From positions 16,810 through 80,809 of the forward strand of contig DAQP01000043.1 in assembly GCA_002504435.1 (NCBI GenBank): 64,000 bases of DNA, in the 5' to 3' direction. This document shows positions 57,706-64,000 of the stretch, piece after piece. The notes beneath the pieces are model-generated. The model worked only from the letters and a program-made list of their open reading frames with translations, did no database searches and was not told where the DNA came from. Position 1 is the first letter of the stretch. The number at the start of each line of letters is the position of its first letter. The position numbers and the translations under genes are program-made. The stretch is from Euryarchaeota archaeon UBA438. GTDB taxonomy: Archaea > Thermoplasmatota > Poseidoniia > Poseidoniales > Thalassarchaeaceae.

Positions 57706-59280
57706 ATGCACTGGGCAGACTTTGCAGCACGGAAGCTCTCCGAACGAGAGGGGCCACAAGTAGTGGTATCCGGCATTACCCCCTCTGGAGAATTTCACAT
57801 TGGGCACCTCAGGGAGATTCTATCTGCAGAGATGATTCATAGAGCCTGCCTGGACTTTGGTCTCGAATCTCGATATGTTTTCATTGTCGACTCGATGGAT
57901 CCCCTTCGTAGGGTCTATGACTTCCTTTCCCCCTCTTACGAATCCTACATTGGTGTGCCATTGGCGAATATCCCGGCCCCCGGGGATGATGGAGAGCCCA
58001 ATCCAGAAGGAGGCAGTTATGCCGAATTCTTCCTTCGCCCTTTCCTTGAAGCACTCAAGCAAATTGGGGTCGAGCCTGAAGTAATAATGAATCATGAGAC
58101 TTACCAAAACGGCGAATTTGCGGAAATGATTGATCTTGCAATAACGAATAGGGAAGAGATTAACGGAATCATAGAGTCGGTCTCTGGCAGGGAGCTTCCC
58201 GAGGACTGGTTCCCATACAGTCCAATCGGTTCGAACGGTAGCCTGGACGGAGTCAAAGTGACGGGATACGATAGACCATTCGTCCACTGGATAGACGGAC
58301 AGGGGGTCGAAGGGAAATCAGACATCAGACTAGCTGAGGGGAAGATGCCCTGGAGGATAGATTGGGCGGCAAGATGGGCGATACATGGCGTAACTTGTGA
58401 GCCGGCGGGCAAGGACCATGGCGCTGCGGGAGGTAGCTATGACACGGGAATACCGATTTGCAAACTTCTGGGCGGAAACCCCCCTGAAAAGATGGTCTAT
58501 GAGTGGATTCAGCTCAAAGGGATGGGGCCAATGTCAAGTTCTTCTGGAGTGACCATAGGCCCGATGGAAGCACTTTCCATAGTTCCTCCAGAAATTCTTC
58601 GATATGTCATTGCTAGAAGCAAAATGAATCGTCACATTGAGTTCGACACTGGGGCAATGATGTTTCTTACAGCGGATGAATACGAACGTCTAGTTTCCAA
58701 TCCCCCCAATGAAGAAGAGGGAATGAGCAAGAGGAAGAGGATCTCAGTAGAGACTCGCAGGGGTGCGATGAGGCTTAGCCAGGTTTCTCGGGACTCGGAT
58801 CCTTCTGACTCAGTTGGAGGCGTTTCATTCAGGCATCTCTCAATGCTAGCCCAGATAAAGTCGGACGACGACAGTGTCTGGAGTTCACTGAGGAGAAGTG
58901 GGCATCTTTCAGATGAGCCGGGCACTTCATTGAGAAGTAGGCTGGAGAAGATGAGGAGCTGGATAGGCGGGGACCATTTTCCTGAGGGGTCAAGGATCGT
59001 CATCCAGAGCGAGGTAGGAGAGGAAGCAAGGTCCCAAATCGACGAAGAATCGCGTTCCTTCCTTGAATTGCTAGCTCGGAGGCTTGAGTCTTGCAACTGG
59101 GATGAGGATTCGATTAGTGAAACGGTCCGTTCATCTGCATCTGATTCGGGCCTTAGTAACAGGCAAGCGTACGTATCGCTATACCTAGTAATACTTGGAA
59201 GGGACTATGGTCCGAGAATCAGTTCCCTGATGGCCGAGATGGATAGAGATTCTCTAATTGGGGTCGTTTCTAACATCTGA
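57706..59280 (+). CDS. lysS: Class I lysine--tRNA ligase
   Basis: MHWAD, SGITPSGEFHIGH, KMPWRIDW, EPAGKDH, MSSSSG, YGPR. Confidence 0.96.
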   Translation: MHWADFAARKLSEREGPQVVVSGITPSGEFHIGHLREILSAEMIHRACLDFGLESRYVFIVDSMDPLRRVYDFLSPSYESYIGVPLANIPAPGDDGEPNPEGGSYAEFFLRPFLEALKQIGVEPEVIMNHETYQNGEFAEMIDLAITNREEINGIIESVSGRELPEDWFPYSPIGSNGSLDGVKVTGYDRPFVHWIDGQGVEGKSDIRLAEGKMPWRIDWAARWAIHGVTCEPAGKDHGAAGGSYDTGIPICKLLGGNPPEKMVYEWIQLKGMGPMSSSSGVTIGPMEALSIVPPEILRYVIARSKMNRHIEFDTGAMMFLTADEYERLVSNPPNEEEGMSKRKRISVETRRGAMRLSQVSRDSDPSDSVGGVSFRHLSMLAQIKSDDDSVWSSLRRSGHLSDEPGTSLRSRLEKMRSWIGGDHFPEGSRIVIQSEVGEEARSQIDEESRSFLELLARRLESCNWDEDSISETVRSSASDSGLSNRQAYVSLYLVILGRDYGPRISSLMAEMDRDSLIGVVSNI

Positions 59281-59292
59281 AGGGGTGTATTG

Positions 59293-60015
59293 ATGAGAAC
59301 TGATCATCTTCCATTCCCAATGCCACCCAGAAGTCATGCACTAATTCAGGAATGGAGAAACCTAAGTTTCCTCCACTGGGAAGTGGATCCTGAGAGGCTT
59401 GCCCCTTACATCCCAGAAGGCCTCAAGTTGGATACCTTTGAGGGGAAAGCGTATGTTGGTACGATACCCTTCATGATGACGAACGTAAGACCTAGGCTTA
59501 CTTTCAGTATCCCCGGGATTTCTACTTTCCCAGAATTCAATATCAGGACATACGTGACAAAGGGAAGTAGGTCTGGTGTTCTTTTTATCACGCTTGACGC
59601 GCAGAGCCTAGTTACCTGCAACTATGCCCCATGGGCTTATGGGTTGCCATACAGATATTGCAAAGCCAGATTGGACGTCGATGGATGGACCTACAGTTGG
59701 AATAGTGAGAGGAAGGATGGAGGAGTTGGCATAGAGGGGACATGCAAGGCAATTGGAGAAGTTAGAGAGGCTGAAAGGGGCACTCTCGAAGAATTTCTAT
59801 TTGAGAGATATTGCCTCTACACGGTCCACAGGGGAAAGCTCTGCATCGCACATACGCAGCATGATCCGTGGAAGTTCAGAGAAGGTCGGGCTTCGATTAA
59901 TTCAAACTCGCTGACCGGGATTTATGACTTAGGAATCGAGGATTTACTGAAACCTGATTTGGTCCACATGTCAGAGGGAGTTCTGGTTCATACTTGGTCG
60001 GCAGAGGAGGTCTGA
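59293..60015 (+). CDS. DUF2071 (YqjF-like) protein
   Basis: QEWRNLSFLHWEVDP, FPEFNIRTYV, GVLFITLDA, FLFERYCLY, HDPW. Confidence 0.88.
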   Translation: MRTDHLPFPMPPRSHALIQEWRNLSFLHWEVDPERLAPYIPEGLKLDTFEGKAYVGTIPFMMTNVRPRLTFSIPGISTFPEFNIRTYVTKGSRSGVLFITLDAQSLVTCNYAPWAYGLPYRYCKARLDVDGWTYSWNSERKDGGVGIEGTCKAIGEVREAERGTLEEFLFERYCLYTVHRGKLCIAHTQHDPWKFREGRASINSNSLTGIYDLGIEDLLKPDLVHMSEGVLVHTWSAEEV

Positions 60016-60017
60016 AC

Positions 60018-60410
60018 TTGCATATTTCAGAGGGTCGAGATGCCCTCCTATTGGATGGAGACTGTGGCCTATGCCACGGACTGGCTAATTTCATGGATCC
60101 GAGATTACACAAGGAGGCAGACATAGCATACAGGGAAATAGCTTCCAAAGAGGGGGAAGAGTTGATTTCAGGGATGGAGATTTGGAAAAGGGAGGCAGAT
60201 ACTGTCTATCTTTTCAGAGGGGGTGAGGTTTTCGTGAAATCTTCTGCGGCTATTAGGTGCCTACTGTACCTTAAGTGGCATTGGAAAATTTGGTTCCCAA
60301 TTCTTTGGTTGGTGCCACTTCCAATTAGGGACATGGCCTACGACTTAGTTGCAAGAAACAGGCATCGGTTCTTCGCAAGGCCCGAGGTGTGTACATTCAG
60401 GGTAGATTGA
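60018..60410 (+). CDS. DCC-family thiol-disulfide oxidoreductase
   Basis: DGDCGLC motif; P..IRD.AY..VARNRHR; TTG start after GGAGG. Confidence 0.88.
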   Translation: MHISEGRDALLLDGDCGLCHGLANFMDPRLHKEADIAYREIASKEGEELISGMEIWKREADTVYLFRGGEVFVKSSAAIRCLLYLKWHWKIWFPILWLVPLPIRDMAYDLVARNRHRFFARPEVCTFRVD

Positions 60411-60432
60411 AAATAATATGGGCGTGGATTAG

Positions 60433-61191
60433 ATGAGGCTTCACCAGTTCCTTTCAAAGTCTGGAGCCTTCAAGTCAAAAAACGATGTGAAGGATGCGAT
60501 TTGGAGTGGCCGTGTTACCGTAAATGGGAAAATTGTCAAGGATATAGCATATGATTTCAACCCGAAGAAGAGGGTTGTTTCGTTCGATGGGGAGCTTATC
60601 GAACTTCTCAGCGAGGACAAATATTTCCTACTCAATAAGCCGGCTGGTGTAATCTGCTCAAGACTTAACGAACAAGAGGCTGAGCTTGGCAAGACTTCGG
60701 TCTTCGAGATTTTCAGAGGCGCCCTCGATTCCAGGACGTTTCATTCACTGGTAACCGTAGGGAGGCTTGATGAGGGAACCACGGGCTTCCTTCTAGTTAC
60801 AACTGACGGAAAAATTGCCCATAGAATCACCGATCCAAGGAGGGGCGTGGGCAAGACGTACAGAGTCGAAACTCAGTCGGTAATAGACGAAGAACAGGTC
60901 AGGTCAATCAGGAATGGCGTCAGAATCTCAGTTTCAGATGGTGAGAAGAGCGAGAATTATATTTCGAAGAAGGCGAAAATTTCCTTGGAAGGTGAATATA
61001 GTGCCTTACTTACCATCGAAGAGGGAAGGAAGAGGGAGGTCAGGAGAATCTTCGAGGCTTTGGGAAATGTGGTGCTTAGCCTACACCGAAAATCCACGGG
61101 TGGCATGGAGTTATCTGATTACAATCTTAGAGAGGGGGAGTTCTGTGAGGTATCCCTGGAGGAAATCTCATCGAGGGTTTTCATCGATTAA
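60433..61191 (+). CDS. RsuA/RluB-family pseudouridine synthase with S4 domain
   Basis: MRLHQFLS...GRVTVNG, LNKPAG, VGRLDEGTTG.LL.TTDG, EGRKREVRR. Confidence 0.92.
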   Translation: MRLHQFLSKSGAFKSKNDVKDAIWSGRVTVNGKIVKDIAYDFNPKKRVVSFDGELIELLSEDKYFLLNKPAGVICSRLNEQEAELGKTSVFEIFRGALDSRTFHSLVTVGRLDEGTTGFLLVTTDGKIAHRITDPRRGVGKTYRVETQSVIDEEQVRSIRNGVRISVSDGEKSENYISKKAKISLEGEYSALLTIEEGRKREVRRIFEALGNVVLSLHRKSTGGMELSDYNLREGEFCEVSLEEISSRVFID

Positions 61192-61193
61192 GA

Positions 61194-64000
61194 TTAGCTC
61201 AGAGTGGCGATTTCCAGCAGCCTGGGTTCTGGGGTGCCAATCTGCATCTCGGCAATCGCCTCTACCTCCATCCTTGCTCCTGCCATAGTGGTGACGAAGG
61301 GAATGTTCAACTCTACAGCTAGTCTTCTCATCATATTCCCGTCCAATACAGCTCCCCCTGTAGAACGAGGGGTGTTAATTACCAACTGAATCATCCCCTT
61401 CCTCATCAGGTCAAGAGCGTCGGGGGACATTCTCTCAGCTATCCTATAGCAAGTCTCAACCTCTATTCCGCCCACTTCGCGAAGAACCCTAGCTGTACCT
61501 CTGGTGGCATGCAAACGGAATCCCAAATCGTGAAGTCTTCTGGCCAATTCTATCATTTCGTGCTTGTCCTCATCCTTCACGGTGATGTACACGCCACCGG
61601 TAGTCGGAACGGGAAGCTCTGTTGCAAGTCTCGCTTTGAGATAAGCTGCTGCTGGTCTGACGTGGGACCCCATGACTTCGCCAGTTGATTTCATCTCTGG
61701 TCCCGGGGCCGGATCGAGTCCCCTTAGTTTGATGAATGGGAAAACTGGTGCCTTGACGCAGACTGCTTCCGTCTGAGGTTCGGGGATTTCTAGATCGGAG
61801 AGCTTCTCCCCCAATGCTAGCCTGGCTGCAATCCTGGCCAGAGGGACACCTGTGGCCTTTGCAACAAAGGGGAATGTTCTGGACCCCCTTGGATTGACCT
61901 CCAGCACGTAGAGTACTTCATCGCGAATTGCATATTGAATGTTGAAGCATCCCCTAATCCCTAGCCTAATTCCAATTCTCTTGGTCCATTCCTCAACCTC
62001 CGATAGGATACTCTGTGAAATGTTCTGTGGCGGTATGAAACAAGTGGAGTCGCCAGAATGGATACCAGCCTCCTCTAGGTGCTCCATGATAGCGCCGACC
62101 AATACTTGTTCTCCGTCGCATACGGCATCGACATCCAGCTCCACGGCATTTCCTAGGTACTCGTCAATAAGTAAGGGCCTGTCAGGTGCCAAGTATGCCT
62201 CATTCATGTATGCATCCAACTGACTGTTGTCAGAAAGTATCTCCATACCCCTTCCACCTAGGACATAAGAAGGCCTAATCAGTACCGGGTAGCCAATCTC
62301 GGCCACAGCCCTTCTAACCCCATCGGGATCTATTGCGGTGGAACCCCTAGGCATCCTTAGGCCGTTTCTATCTGCGAAATCCTCGAATCTCTCACGGTCA
62401 CTTGCCTCATCCACGGCTCCCGGGGTAGTTCCCTCGATAACTAGGTCGAGTCCCATTGATGACAAGTGAGGGAGGCTGTCAGCTAGCGGCAATGCTAGGT
62501 TGATTGCTGTCTGGCCGCCAAATTGGAGGAGTATTCCGTGGGCCTTCTCGCGTAGTAATATCTCTGAGACTGATTCCAATGAAAGGGGGTCGAAGTAGAG
62601 TCTGTCGCTGGTGTCGAAATCTGTAGAGACTGTCTCGGGATTGTTGTTTACTATGATGGCCTCATGACCCATGTCACGAATAGCCCCTACAGCGTGAACG
62701 CACCCATAGTCGAACTCTATCCCCTGGCCGATCCTTATTGGTCCTGAGCCGATGACAACGATTCTCTGTTTAATGAAATCATCTAGACCGGGTACGTGAT
62801 CAATACCAGAAGGGGCCGAGCCGCCCTCATAAGTAGCGTAGTAGTAAGGAGTGACGGCAGCGAATTCTGCTGCGCAGGAGTCGACCATTCGGAACCTTGG
62901 GTGAATCCCTAACTGATGCCTTCTGGAGGTGACCGCAGACTCGTCCCTGCCTGCAGGGAGTTCCTTGAATCCCGATGACGGGAAACCTGCCAGTGCGTCC
63001 GCGATATGTAAGTCAGTGAATCCCGCTCCCTTCCAGGACCTCAATTGAGACTCGGGAACCTCGGAAGGCCTTACTCCCATTTCTCCAGCTGCCCGGATTT
63101 CTGTTTCTATAGCAGCCATATTCTCAAATCTATGCAAGAACCACCTTGTCACGCCTCCTGTGAGGTCTCGGACGTCCTCTATCGAATACCCCCTCCTGAA
63201 GGCTTCCATCAATGCACCCATCCTCCTGTCAGTAGGAATTCTCAACCAGTCTTCAAGAATGGCCGTAGGGAGGGATTCAGAGGCCCTCTCATCCATCGTT
63301 TCGCCGCCGGATGCGTCGGCCATAGTAAGGGGTCTTGGGTGTGGCTGTCCGTATTCCAGACTAGCCCATGCCTTGAGGAATGCTTCTTCGAAGCACCTCC
63401 CTATCGCCATAACCTCGCCAGTTGACTTCATTGAAGTGCCAATTACCCTATCTGCTGTCCTGAATTTGTCAAATGGCCATCTTGGAATTTTCACCACGCA
63501 GTAATCTAGTGTGGGCTCAAATGCAGCAGTAGTTCCCTCCCCAGTAATGGGATTTGGAAGCTCATCCAAGGTGTATCCTACAGCTATGAGTGCGGCCATT
63601 CTGGCTATTGGATAGCCTGTGGCCTTGGATGCAAGAGCGGAGGATCTTGAAACTCTCGGATTTACCTCGATGACTCTGTACTGCCCGGTTGATTGCTCGA
63701 CTGCAAATTGAACATTGCACCCACCCTTGATGTTTAGTCTGCGAATCAACTTGAGGGCTGCGTCCCGAAGCATTTGGTGATCCTGATCAGAGAGGGTCTG
63801 CTGAGGTGCTACTACTACTGACTCCCCCGTGTGGACCCCCATTGGGTCTAGATTCTCCATAGTGCAGACAATTATCGCATTGTCCGATGCGTCCCTCATT
63901 ACCTCGTATTCATGCTCCTGCCAGCCCAATATGCTGACCTCGATGAGGACTTGCCCTATGGCGGACTGAAGAAGCCCCTGACTGGCTATCTCGACTAATT
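61194..64000 (-). CDS. carB: Carbamoyl-phosphate synthase large subunit (5' end outside window)
   Basis: ENLDPMGVHTGES, IEVNPRVSRSSALASKATGYPIA, GSGPIRIGQGIEFDY, second ATP-grasp and MGS domain; frame open to window end. Confidence 0.97.
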   Translation of the reverse strand, partial: LVEIASQGLLQSAIGQVLIEVSILGWQEHEYEVMRDASDNAIIVCTMENLDPMGVHTGESVVVAPQQTLSDQDHQMLRDAALKLIRRLNIKGGCNVQFAVEQSTGQYRVIEVNPRVSRSSALASKATGYPIARMAALIAVGYTLDELPNPITGEGTTAAFEPTLDYCVVKIPRWPFDKFRTADRVIGTSMKSTGEVMAIGRCFEEAFLKAWASLEYGQPHPRPLTMADASGGETMDERASESLPTAILEDWLRIPTDRRMGALMEAFRRGYSIEDVRDLTGGVTRWFLHRFENMAAIETEIRAAGEMGVRPSEVPESQLRSWKGAGFTDLHIADALAGFPSSGFKELPAGRDESAVTSRRHQLGIHPRFRMVDSCAAEFAAVTPYYYATYEGGSAPSGIDHVPGLDDFIKQRIVVIGSGPIRIGQGIEFDYGCVHAVGAIRDMGHEAIIVNNNPETVSTDFDTSDRLYFDPLSLESVSEILLREKAHGILLQFGGQTAINLALPLADSLPHLSSMGLDLVIEGTTPGAVDEASDRERFEDFADRNGLRMPRGSTAIDPDGVRRAVAEIGYPVLIRPSYVLGGRGMEILSDNSQLDAYMNEAYLAPDRPLLIDEYLGNAVELDVDAVCDGEQVLVGAIMEHLEEAGIHSGDSTCFIPPQNISQSILSEVEEWTKRIGIRLGIRGCFNIQYAIRDEVLYVLEVNPRGSRTFPFVAKATGVPLARIAARLALGEKLSDLEIPEPQTEAVCVKAPVFPFIKLRGLDPAPGPEMKSTGEVMGSHVRPAAAYLKARLATELPVPTTGGVYITVKDEDKHEMIELARRLHDLGFRLHATRGTARVLREVGGIEVETCYRIAERMSPDALDLMRKGMIQLVINTPRSTGGAVLDGNMMRRLAVELNIPFVTTMAGARMEVEAIAEMQIGTPEPRLLEIATLS

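Overview
Gene-dense archaeal chromosomal segment. The gene content (aRF1, aIF2-beta, Rpo7/Spt4/eS24/eS31, class I LysRS, archaeal DTD2, bacterial-like BCKDH/GdhA/LipB, giant acidic surface proteins) is most consistent with Marine Group II Euryarchaeota (Poseidoniales); this is an inference, not a database result. About 55 CDS and one tRNA-Leu(UAA) are supported; I saw no CRISPR, rRNA or mobile element. The best candidate for an undescribed system is an atypical polar-amino-acid ABC importer (13732-17746). Its solute-binding protein looks circularly permuted and lacks the usual carboxylate-binding Arg, and its single permease is fused to an extracellular YCF48/BNR-like beta-propeller with extra membrane insertions. 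Other notable items: a SAP-domain/TM/M28-peptidase fusion; a 2,984-aa sequon-rich surface protein with a degenerate transglutaminase triad; a kink-turn-like structured leader over the rpoE' ribosome-binding site; a tandem-RHH regulator with candidate operators; and small ORFs missed by the ORF track. All family calls come from motif recognition by eye; start codons were adjusted by hand where a better start or Shine-Dalgarno was visible.
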